Assembly (NCBI GenBank): GCA_964622325.1
Contig: CAZUOJ010000001.1
Location: 65,399-129,398, forward strand
Origin: an uncultured Armatimonadia bacterium
GTDB taxonomy: Bacteria; Armatimonadota; Zipacnadia; Zipacnadales; UBA11051
DNA: 64,000 nt
Reading direction: 5' to 3'
The position numbers and the translations under genes were made by a program. Shown here piece after piece: positions 47,485 through 56,651 of the stretch (position 1 is the first letter of the stretch; each line of letters opens with the position of its first letter). A model generated the notes under the pieces. The model searched no databases and had not been told where the DNA came from. It worked only from the letters and a program-made list of their open reading frames with translations.

Positions 47485-48501
47485 TTAAAGATGGCGAATC
47501 GTCAATCCGGGCATAGGATTGAGGCGAATGAGGCGCTCGGCGCCTTCTTCCAGCAATTTGGCGCCCATCCAATCCGGATCTTCATGAAGAGCGATAATTG
47601 TTCCGCCGCGGCCGGCGCCCGAAAGCTTGGCGCCAAGCGCGCCATGCTTGAGCGCAGCCGCAATAAGCCGCTCATTTGCTTCGCCGCTGCCCATTAATTC
47701 GCGTGTCAGGGCATGATTTTCATTCATCAATTCTCCCAAACGCGGCCAGTCTTTTTGCAAAAGAGCTTTTTTGCCCAGCCGCCCCAGCTCCCCGATGCGG
47801 GCAAAGCCTTTACGCATGCGCTCATCTCCATTTTCCCATTGTACGCGCGGCTGGGAATGAACGCTGCCCGAATGGCGTTGAATGCCTGTGTTCGCCAGAA
47901 TAAAGGGCAATTCGTCTATGTCCTGTTGCAGCGGCTCCACAGTCGCGTATGGCGCGTCTGGCCCTTCCCCGTGATCCTCTTTGTCGCGCAAATCTATGCA
48001 ATTGCAGCCCCCGAAAATAATCATATAATGATCCTGATAGCCGCAGAATACGCCTAATTCGTGGCGTTCAATGGCACGGGCCAGCTCCGCCAGCTCATGC
48101 CGCTCAAAAGATACATGAAAATGCTCTAAAATGCCGGCTAAAATGACAACAAGCATTGCCGTGGATCCGGCACAGCCGGCTTTTAAGGGAATTGTGCTTT
48201 GGGCGCGGACATGGAATGTGGCGTCTGGATCAATTAATCCTCTTTTCACATAATCAGAACGCCGCAAATAACGCCACACGGCTTTCCCCACATTGAGAAA
48301 ATGGAGCTCCTCATCAAAAGCAAGCTGCTCAGGAGAGGCAATTTCCGCATAATGCCCATAAATGTCAAAAATTAAGCGTGGGCTATCCGAAATCACAGCT
48401 TCTGCCCGCTCTGTGATTGTACAGGAAACGACAGTGCCACCATATATATCGGAGGGATTGCCAATTATCCCGCCGCGGCCGGGCGCACTCACATGAATCA
48501 T
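47485..48501 (-). CDS. GHMP-family sugar kinase
   Basis: It has GHMP motif I (VSAPGRGGIIGNPSDIYGG), the ATP-binding motif II (PLKAGCAGSTAMLVVILAGIL) and a C-terminal GHMP domain. Confidence 0.7.
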   Translation of the reverse strand: MIHVSAPGRGGIIGNPSDIYGGTVVSCTITERAEAVISDSPRLIFDIYGHYAEIASPEQLAFDEELHFLNVGKAVWRYLRRSDYVKRGLIDPDATFHVRAQSTIPLKAGCAGSTAMLVVILAGILEHFHVSFERHELAELARAIERHELGVFCGYQDHYMIIFGGCNCIDLRDKEDHGEGPDAPYATVEPLQQDIDELPFILANTGIQRHSGSVHSQPRVQWENGDERMRKGFARIGELGRLGKKALLQKDWPRLGELMNENHALTRELMGSGEANERLIAAALKHGALGAKLSGAGRGGTIIALHEDPDWMGAKLLEEGAERLIRLNPMPGLTIRHL

Positions 48502-48746
48502 AGTACACTCCTCAACATAATAATCGGATATACGCGATGGGGAAAAGCAGTTTATCCGAATTATCTGCCATTTAGACAGGAATTGTTATTCGTTGTTGCT
48601 CTAATCTTGTAATTGTCAGAAGTATAAAAAAGAAATGCTTTTTCGGCAAGCAAAAGAAGGAAATAGCTCGTGGACAAGAAATTTTAAAAGTAAAACATGC
48701 ACATAGTAACAGTGGCAGCTAAACTTTTTTCAGGAGGCTTATCTCA

Positions 48747-50303
48747 ATGACGCGTAAAGTTTTTGCGAATTCAGGCCTTATTCTTATCATTAATGTGCTG
48801 TGCAGCTGGACAGCGCTGCAAGCTGATGTGCGTTTGCCCAGCCTGCTGGGCAACCATATGGTGTTGCAGCAGGGCCTGCCGCTCAAAATCTGGGGCTGGG
48901 CCGATGCGGGCGAAAAAATTGTCGTGTCCTTTTTAGGCCAGAAAGCGGAGACAACAGCCGATGAGGAGGGACGCTGGCTTGTCACATTGCCAGCCATTTA
49001 TAAGCCTGGCGGGCCTTATGAAATGACAATTCAAGGCAAAAACACAATCACATTACAAGACATTTTAGTGGGCGAAGTCTGGCTCTGCTCGGGACAATCC
49101 AATATGGCCTGGCCCGTCCAGGCATCTAAAAATGCGGCGGAGGAAATTGCGGCGGCACAATATCCCCAAATGCGCCTATTTCAAGTCGCACGCGTGACAT
49201 CCCAAAAGCCGCTGGAAGATGTCAAAGGCTCCTGGCAAATTTGCAGCCCGGAGACAGTGGGCAGCTTTTCGGCTGTGGGCTATTTCTTCGGACGGGATTT
49301 GCAAAAAGCCTTAAATGTGCCTGTTGGGCTTATTAATTCTTCTTGGGGCGGCACATGCGCTGAAGCCTGGACATCCGTAGAAACTTTAAAGGCGGATACA
49401 GATTTTGAGCCGCAATTTGCCTATTGGGAAAAAGCTATTCAAGAATATCCCCAGAATATGGAGAAATATAAAGTCGCTCTGGAGGAATGGAAGAAGGCTG
49501 CAGCGGAAGCCCAAGCAAAGGGCCAGCCTGCTCCCCGACAGCCCCAGCCGCCCAATGGGCCCGATAGTCCCAATCGCCCCGGCAATTTATTTTACGGAAT
49601 GATTGCGCCCCTCGCGAATTTTGCCCTCCGCGGCGCAATATGGTATCAGGGCGAATCCAACGCTGGCCGTGCGTATATCTATCGCAAGCTCTTGCCCTTA
49701 ATGATTAGCGATTGGCGCAAAGCCTGGGGCTACGATTTTGCCTTTTACATTGTTCAGCTGGCGAATTTTATGGCCATCAAATGGGAGCCGGCTGAAAGCG
49801 CCTGGGCAGAATTGCGCGAAGCCCAAAGCCTTACAGCACAGCGTGTGCCTAATTGTGGCCTCGCAGTGATTATAGATGCGGGCGAAGCAAATGACATTCA
49901 TCCCAAAGATAAACAAATCGTGGGCTATCGGCTCGCTTTGCAAGCCCTGGGACATACATACAGACATAATGTCGCCTGCTGCAGCCCTCGCTACGCCGGG
50001 ATGTCTATTGAAGGCCACAAAATTCGAATCAGATTTGAGCATACGTATGGCGGGTTGGAAGCCCGGGGCAGCAAATTTGTCCGGGGCTTTACAATTGCCG
50101 GGCCGGACAAGAAATTTTATCCTGCCAGCGCTCGAATTGAAGGAGACACAGTGCTTGTGTATAGTCGTTTTGTGAAGCAGCCGATTGCAGTGCGCTATGC
50201 CTGGGCAGATAATCCCGTATGCAATCTTTATAATAAAGCCGGCTTGCCCGCGGAGCCGTTCCGCACGGATGATTGGCCCGGCGTGACATTCAAGAATCGT
50301 TAG
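48747..50303 (+). CDS. Secreted sialate O-acetylesterase (SASA/9-O-acetylesterase) family protein
   Basis: It has a signal peptide. …GEVWLCSGQSNMAWPV… is the diagnostic GQSNM catalytic-Ser motif of the SASA family. A C-terminal beta-sandwich is present. Confidence 0.75.
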   Translation: MTRKVFANSGLILIINVLCSWTALQADVRLPSLLGNHMVLQQGLPLKIWGWADAGEKIVVSFLGQKAETTADEEGRWLVTLPAIYKPGGPYEMTIQGKNTITLQDILVGEVWLCSGQSNMAWPVQASKNAAEEIAAAQYPQMRLFQVARVTSQKPLEDVKGSWQICSPETVGSFSAVGYFFGRDLQKALNVPVGLINSSWGGTCAEAWTSVETLKADTDFEPQFAYWEKAIQEYPQNMEKYKVALEEWKKAAAEAQAKGQPAPRQPQPPNGPDSPNRPGNLFYGMIAPLANFALRGAIWYQGESNAGRAYIYRKLLPLMISDWRKAWGYDFAFYIVQLANFMAIKWEPAESAWAELREAQSLTAQRVPNCGLAVIIDAGEANDIHPKDKQIVGYRLALQALGHTYRHNVACCSPRYAGMSIEGHKIRIRFEHTYGGLEARGSKFVRGFTIAGPDKKFYPASARIEGDTVLVYSRFVKQPIAVRYAWADNPVCNLYNKAGLPAEPFRTDDWPGVTFKNR

Positions 50304-50341
50304 TTTTTGCCACATATAGAGGCTATAGAAATATAAAATCC

Positions 50342-50388
50342 GACGCTTTGGAGGAATATCTCCTCCAAAGCGTCTAATATTGTTTGTG
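50342..50388 (+). terminator. Rho-independent terminator after the sialate O-acetylesterase gene
   Basis: A perfect 14-bp inverted repeat GACGCTTTGGAGGA-atatc-TCCTCCAAAGCGTC is followed by TAATATTGTTTGT. Confidence 0.55.
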
Positions 50389-50600
50389 GATATTAGCCCT
50401 CAGACGAGAAAACAGCTAATGAAGATTAACAAGGCGTCAAGCTTGTAGGATTGGGGCAGAAGATAAAAAAGCAAATAGAATGCAAGGCAACGCCAACGCC
50501 TTTGGCGAAGACAAAGGAAAGAGCATTTTGCAGGCTTAACTAGACAAAAACAAAAGAATATTTTACAGATACTGGTATGCATAAACAGGAGGAGAAAAAA

Positions 50601-51362
50601 ATGAAGCTTGGCCTTGTGACATATCAAATAGCCAAAGATTGGACATTAGAGCAAATTATAGTAATGTGTGAAAAGACAGGCCTGGAGGGCGTAGAATTAC
50701 GAACAACACATGCGCACAAGGTAGAATTGAATCTGGAGGCGCAGGCACGGCAGGAAGTGCGGCGTAAATTTGCTGAAAGCGGGCTTGTCTTATGGGGCTT
50801 TGGCACGACTTGTGAATATCATTCTCCGGATCCAAACATATTGCGGGCAAACATTGAAGAGACAAAAGCGTGGATAAAATTAGCTGACGATACGGGCGCT
50901 ATAGGCGTAAAAGTGCGGCCGAATGCCTTTGTTGAGGGCGTGCCCGAAGAACAGACATTGCGCCAAATTGCCGAAGCGCTGCAAGAATGCGGCGAATACG
51001 CCAAAGAATATGGCATAAAGATCATGCTGGAAGTCCATGGCCATGGCACACAGGAGCCCCGGCATATTCGTTCCATTATGCAGATGTGTCAACATCCTAA
51101 TGTGGGCGTCACATGGAATTGTAATGCGGGAGAAGTTGTGAATGGCTCCATCAAGGCTAATTTTGAGCTCCTGGCCCCTTGGATTTGCTCTGTCCATATT
51201 CATGATCTATATGAGCCCTATCCTTATAAAGAATTAATTGCGCTGCTCCAAGAGCAAAGCTTCACAGGCTTTTGCCTGATTGAAATGCCCGAAAGCTGTG
51301 AGCCAGAACGCCTGCTCAAATATTATGTGCTGCTATGGAAGGAGTGGACACAAAAGCAATGA
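50601..51362 (+). CDS. Xylose-isomerase-like TIM-barrel protein (sugar phosphate isomerase/epimerase family)
   Basis: AGGAGG sits 8 nt before the ATG at 50601. MKLGLVTYQIAKDWTLEQIIVMCEKTGLEGVELR… is followed by …KIMLEVHGHG… and …VHIHD… metal-ligand motifs typical of AP_endonuc_2/xylose-isomerase-like barrels. Confidence 0.75.
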   Translation: MKLGLVTYQIAKDWTLEQIIVMCEKTGLEGVELRTTHAHKVELNLEAQARQEVRRKFAESGLVLWGFGTTCEYHSPDPNILRANIEETKAWIKLADDTGAIGVKVRPNAFVEGVPEEQTLRQIAEALQECGEYAKEYGIKIMLEVHGHGTQEPRHIRSIMQMCQHPNVGVTWNCNAGEVVNGSIKANFELLAPWICSVHIHDLYEPYPYKELIALLQEQSFTGFCLIEMPESCEPERLLKYYVLLWKEWTQKQ

Positions 51363-53812
51363 TGCGTTCACATTTCTTCCTGTGGCTCGGCCTAATTTTT
51401 CTATCCCTGAACGGCATAACAGGGAGAATATGGGCGCAACAGGAGGCGGGAGAAATTCTTTTGCCTTTTCCCAATGGGAGCTTTGAGCAGGGGCTGGAGC
51501 GTTGGCACGTCGGGGGCCGTCTTCCGCTGGCTGAGATTTCCCCCCAGCAGGCGGCGCAAGGCAAGCAATCCTTAAAAGTGACAGATGCCAGCGCAGAGGA
51601 AGGCTCAGATATCCGCAGCGATCGTATTGAATTGCCTGGGCCAGGAATATATGAGCTGCGGGGCAGCTATTTGGGCGTCTCCGGCGAAGGGCTGGGCTTA
51701 TATGTGCGAATATATGATAGAGCGGGCAATTTGCTCAATGGCGAAGAAGCGCATATTATTGGCCTGGGCGGCACTGATAAACAATGGCGCAGCATTGCGG
51801 CGCCTGTTTATGCGCCAGAAGGCGCCGCCTGGGCGGAATTGTGGATTCACAGCTATATGAAGGCGATTGTAACAGGCTATTTAGATGAGCTTCATCTTGT
51901 CAAGCTCGCCTCCAGTGCCCAGCCGCCGTGGCCGGGGCAATATAAATTGCGTCCTACAGACAAAGAGCGGCTTACGGAGGCAGATGTTGTGGGCCCTGAT
52001 GGGCTTGTGTATCCGAATTGGACGCGTTGCGGCGTTCAAGGCGGCATTCCTAAAATCCCCCCTTTTGCGCCAATTGAGCAATATGGCGGCCGTGCAAATG
52101 ATGAAGCGGATGACAGCGCAGCATTGCAGGCGGCGTGCGAGGCAGCAGGACAGGCTGGCGGGGGCGCCATCCTTTTGGGGCCCGGGACATATTATCTGGA
52201 TCGGCCTGTGACAATTCGCCATGATGGAATTGTCATCCGGGGCGCTGGACAGAGGCAAACGCGTCTTGTTTTTCGCTATGCGTTGCCCGCGTCCGGAAGC
52301 GCCTTTTTCAGTCCGACGCCGGGCGCAAAAGTTGGACGCGAGACACGCTTGGAATTGCATTGCCGTCCCACAGGCCTGCAAACAATGGAAATATTTGTAG
52401 ATGACATTTCTATTGGACAATGGATGCGGGGCCCCCATTCGGGAAACACATTTTCTTTTGTATTGTACGGGCGACAGGCGCTAGAAAAAGCACAGCCGGG
52501 GCCCCATATATTGCGCGGAATAGGCACATACGACGATGGCACAAAAACACAATGTGAAATCCCGATTGTCTTGGATCCACAATACAAAGATGAGACATTC
52601 GTTCCCAGTACGACAGCAGCGTTGACATTTCAGGGGCGGGGCTTGAGCGGCCCGCGTGTGCTGCTGACAAAGAATGGCAAACGCGGCAGCCGAATTATTG
52701 AAGTGCAGGATGCCTCCAGCTTCCGCGCCGGGGATTGTATTATGATTGAAGCGCCAGCCACGGAACGCTGGAAAAAATTGACGCGCAATGCGTGTCCGTG
52801 GGGGATTTATCGCCGCTATTTTGTGCAAATTGATGCTGTGGCGGGCAACACAATTACATTGCAACAGCCGCTGCGTTTAGAGTTTCCTGTGGAGGATGGC
52901 ACCTATGTGCAAAAAATAACGTCCATACAGCGCTGTGGCGTAGAAGATTTTACGATTGAACAAACAGAGAATCTCTGGATAAGCAGCGTATTTTTCTCAT
53001 ATGCATGGAATTGCTGGGCGCGCGGCGTTACTGTCAAAAAATGCGGACGCTTTCCAGTGTATGCCGGCGCGGCGAAATTCTGTGAAATCCGAGATTGTAT
53101 TTTCGAGGATGCTTGGTTTAAGGGCGGCGGAGGCACAGCCTATGCTGGCTGGGAGAATGCAAGTGATTGTTTGATGGAGAATGTGGAAACATTCAAGCTG
53201 CGCCATGCGCCGCTCGTTCAATGGGCCGCCAGCGGCTGTGTGATTCGGAAGAGCATTTTTCACGAAAGCGACGGACAATGGCATTCGGGCTGGACAAATG
53301 AAAATCTCTTTGAACAATGCCTTATTGAGGCCCAAACGGGCAATGGCGCCTACGGCTATGGGCTATGGGCTTCGCCGCCAGAAGACACAGCGCATGGGCC
53401 TAATGGCCCCCGAAATGTTGTCTATAATTGTGTCATAAGCTCGCCTAAGAGCGGGCTGTGGATGGGCGGCATGAACGAAAATTGGCTTATTGTATATAAT
53501 CAATTTCAGGTCCAATCGGGCGTGGGCGTATTCGCCAAAACAGCGAGCTTTGATCATATTATAAAAGGCAATGTTTTTATCTTGCAGGACGGCCGTTCGC
53601 CCATGTGCCGGCTGCTCACGCCGGATTGTGTCGGCATTGAAATTATTGATAATCTGCTCTATGGCGGGAATGGCAAATTTGTGGAAGGGCTTGCGACGCC
53701 AGCAGTATTGCAAGGCAATAAGGCTTTTCCTCTGGGGGCAGAAGCGGCTGCCTCTCCTCAGCCTCCTGTTCCCTCCATATATGAATGGCAAATTCAACAC
53801 AGCCGGCTATGA
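51358..53812 (+). CDS. Secreted CBM-like + right-handed parallel beta-helix (pectate-lyase-fold) protein, putative polysaccharide lyase/hydrolase
   Basis: Its start overlaps the upstream stop (ATGA). It has a signal peptide (MMRSHFFLWLGLIFLSLNGITG). …FPNGSFEQGLERWHV… is CBM4/9-like. …GGGAILLGPGTYYLDRPVTIRHDGIVIRGAG… is the pectate-lyase_3/beta-helix N-terminal cap. Repeated beta-helix rungs lie downstream. Confidence 0.55.
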
Positions 53813-53833
53813 TTCTGAAGGGGAGCAAATGAG

Positions 53834-54925
53834 ATGAACACAGTGAAAATGGGCGTGTTAGGCGCAGGCAGAGGCATTTCCTTAGCCAAAGCCATTTCTT
53901 TGGCGCCAAGCGCAGAGCTTGTCGCCCTGTGTGATGTGAACGAAGAGCGTCTGGCCGCCGCAGCCGCTATGACAGGCGTTCAGCGCACATTTACGGATTA
54001 TGAAGCCTTGCTGGAAGCCGATGACATTGAAGCTGTGATTGTGGCCTCGCCTATGCCGCTTCATGTGCAGCATTCTGTGCAAGCCTTACAGGCAGGGAAG
54101 CATGTGCTGTGTGAAGTGACGGCTGCGACGAGCCTGGAGCAATGCTGGGAGCTTTTAGAAGCCGTACGGGCTACAAAGCGTAAATATATGCTCGCGGAAA
54201 ATTATTGCTGGTATCGGCCCTGGACGCTCGTGATGGGAATGCTGCGCGCCGGCTTATTCGGCGAATTGTATTATGGCGAGGCCGAACAGCTGCAAAATCT
54301 TAAAGGCGCCTTGCCTCCGCCCGATAGCGGCTACAATTGGCGCACGGCTGAGCTGGCCATGCGCCAAGGCCATCAATACATCACACATGATCTGGGCCCG
54401 CTGTATCAGGCTTTTGGGGAGCGCATCAAGACAGTCGTATGTATGGGCTCCGGGCAGCATCATCTTTCCTGGGCCAGAGCGGATGACACATGCACAGTTC
54501 TTTTGGAAACACAAAATGGCCATCTGCTGCGCATCAGGCTGGATTTTTTCTCCAATCGGCCAGACAATTTCACATATTATGGACTGCAAGGCACGCAGGC
54601 AGCCTATGAAGGGCCGCGTGCGCCAGGAGAGCAGCATCGCATTTATATTCATGGCCACACACGGCCGGGCACATGGGATAGCTTGTGGGATTACGAAGAA
54701 TATCTTCCCCCTATGTGGAAAATGTTGCCTCCCGAGGCCATTAACGATAGCTATGATGGCGGCGCGCCGCTGATGATTGAAGAATTTGCGCGTTGCATTC
54801 TGGAGGACAAGAAGCCGCCGATTGATGTCGTGGACGCTCTGAATATGACAGCCCCAGGGCTGATGTCTGAAATCTCGCGCCAAAAAGGCGGCGTGCCTGT
54901 GGATGTTCCTGAATTCAAACTCTAA
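53834..54925 (+). CDS. Gfo/Idh/MocA-family oxidoreductase
   Basis: VKMGVLGAGRGISLAKAI… is the Rossmann region. …ALQAGKHVLCEV… follows. RBS GGGGAG precedes the start. Confidence 0.8.
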   Translation: MNTVKMGVLGAGRGISLAKAISLAPSAELVALCDVNEERLAAAAAMTGVQRTFTDYEALLEADDIEAVIVASPMPLHVQHSVQALQAGKHVLCEVTAATSLEQCWELLEAVRATKRKYMLAENYCWYRPWTLVMGMLRAGLFGELYYGEAEQLQNLKGALPPPDSGYNWRTAELAMRQGHQYITHDLGPLYQAFGERIKTVVCMGSGQHHLSWARADDTCTVLLETQNGHLLRIRLDFFSNRPDNFTYYGLQGTQAAYEGPRAPGEQHRIYIHGHTRPGTWDSLWDYEEYLPPMWKMLPPEAINDSYDGGAPLMIEEFARCILEDKKPPIDVVDALNMTAPGLMSEISRQKGGVPVDVPEFKL

Positions 54926-55060
54926 CATCAAGCTCTAACATATAAAAGCCATAGGACAAATTGCCAAGCCATGGAAGCGCTAGAAAGAAAAACGGCGAAA
55001 AGTCATTTGCGACGCGCAGATTTTTGCTTTTGAGCGCCATAGAATGAGCGTCTTTATTTA

Positions 55061-56566
55061 TCAGTCTCCAGAAGATTTGTATTGAGCAATAATGTTGTGA
55101 ACAACATAATAATCCTGCTGCAAATCTCCTGTGGGACAAAGCGCCCGTACGGCCTTTTCGGCGCGTTGGGCCCAGCGAATAATGCGGCGGAATTTCGGCG
55201 CTGAAAATGCATATGTGTTATTATGAGCCGCCGCCACGATGTCCGGCTGCCAATCCAGGGCCAATTGCGCGCTGGCCACAAAACCCTCGCCAAAGCGGCT
55301 GCCATTATAGGCGCAAAAGCCCCCTGTGCCGTTCCATTTGGATGTGGGCGTAAAATTATCCCCGCCAAATAATACTTTATAGCCGTCTATGGTCGTCATA
55401 AAAACACAGTGCCAATATGTTTGCCCTGGCCAGGGAGCAATATGAAAGGCGTATTCTTCCCAGTGCCAAAGGCCCTGTGCAGGCCATAAATGAGGGGCTG
55501 ATATTGTGCGAGCTAATTTCCATGGCAGCCAGTGGCCTGGCTGTAAGGCTTCCGCAATCAAGGGATGGAGCCAGGCCTGCGCGCCGTATCGTGCCTGCAA
55601 ATAGGCAATGCCATCACAATGATCATAATGATAATGAGTCACTAACATAGCTGTGGGGACAACATTTAATTCATTGAGCAATGCTTCCAGAGCGGGCATT
55701 TCTGGCTCATGGGGATCCACGACAAGCGCCCGGCCGCTTTCAGAAACAAGCAAATAGCCATTGCCGGCATATTGATACAAATGGGGCAGATATTGCAGGG
55801 CGCCGGCTTTTACATCTATCGGCTCGAGATAGCCATCTTTCGTTCGGGGGCTGATTTGTCCCTTCGCCTGATAGAATGAGAGCAGCCGACGCGAAAGCTG
55901 CTGGAGAGTGAATTGGAGAGGATGGGAAAGGACAGGGCCATGCGCGGGGCAAAGCAAATCCATGGCTATGCCGCGCAAACGCTCTATGCCTTCCCAGGCG
56001 GCTAAAGCGCCTGTGCCCGTCCAATGATCCCATTCCAGATGAAACGGCTGCCAGATTGTGCCATTGGCATAAACAGCATCGCCGCAAAACAAAATTTGTT
56101 TGCCCAGATGATCCAGGAGTATAGAGCAAGCATGAGGGCCGTGTCCTGGCGTGTGAAGAAAACGCAAACGGCGTTTCCGCCAGAAGAGATGGCCATTGGC
56201 GATAATATCATACATCACGTCCGCTACGGGCTGCCGGGGCGGCATATAATTCAGCGGACAGCCTATCCCCAGCCACGGCGGCAACACGGCGGAATTCCTT
56301 TGAGGAGAAAGGAAGGCTTCTTCCCCCGCAGGAGCGTGAATGGCAAAGGGCCAGGCAGAGTGCGCCGCCAGGCCTGCGCATTGATCCTCGTGCGCATGCG
56401 TGAGCAAAACATGCTCTAACTGACGAATGCCCAGCGCAGGCAGTTCGGCCAGCCAGCGCCCGCTGCCAAAATCTATCGCCAGCCCATACTCTCCTTCCTG
56501 GATAAGGTACACATTGCAGGTATCGTGAATGACATACAGGGAGGGCAAAAGCTGTTTGATCATAAA
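55061..56566 (-). CDS. Tandem double metallo-beta-lactamase-fold protein
   Basis: GGAGG sits 8 nt upstream of the ATG at 56566. Domain 1 has …LLTHAHEDQ… (an HxHxD-H variant with Q), …TPGHGPH…, …CGD… and …PAHG…. Domain 2 has …LVTHYHYDHCDG…, …YWH…, …GGD… and …AAH…. Confidence 0.7.
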   Translation of the reverse strand, partial: FMIKQLLPSLYVIHDTCNVYLIQEGEYGLAIDFGSGRWLAELPALGIRQLEHVLLTHAHEDQCAGLAAHSAWPFAIHAPAGEEAFLSPQRNSAVLPPWLGIGCPLNYMPPRQPVADVMYDIIANGHLFWRKRRLRFLHTPGHGPHACSILLDHLGKQILFCGDAVYANGTIWQPFHLEWDHWTGTGALAAWEGIERLRGIAMDLLCPAHGPVLSHPLQFTLQQLSRRLLSFYQAKGQISPRTKDGYLEPIDVKAGALQYLPHLYQYAGNGYLLVSESGRALVVDPHEPEMPALEALLNELNVVPTAMLVTHYHYDHCDGIAYLQARYGAQAWLHPLIAEALQPGHWLPWKLARTISAPHLWPAQGLWHWEEYAFHIAPWPGQTYWHCVFMTTIDGYKVLFGGDNFTPTSKWNGTGGFCAYNGSRFGEGFVASAQLALDWQPDIVAAAHNNTYAFSAPKFRRIIRWAQRAEKAVRALCPTGDLQQDYYVVHNIIAQYKSSGD

Positions 56567-56651
56567 ATTGCCTCCAAAAGGCGATGAATGGATTTGCCAC
56601 ACTGGATTTAGGGCTTTCAGCGAGGCCGGGAATGGCATAAGAATAATCCCT

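Noticed and set aside
47293-47697. 134-aa plus-strand ORF spanning the TagF-like/GHMP intergenic region
   Set aside because: It overlaps the 5' ends of two minus-strand genes, has no RBS and shows no homology pattern.
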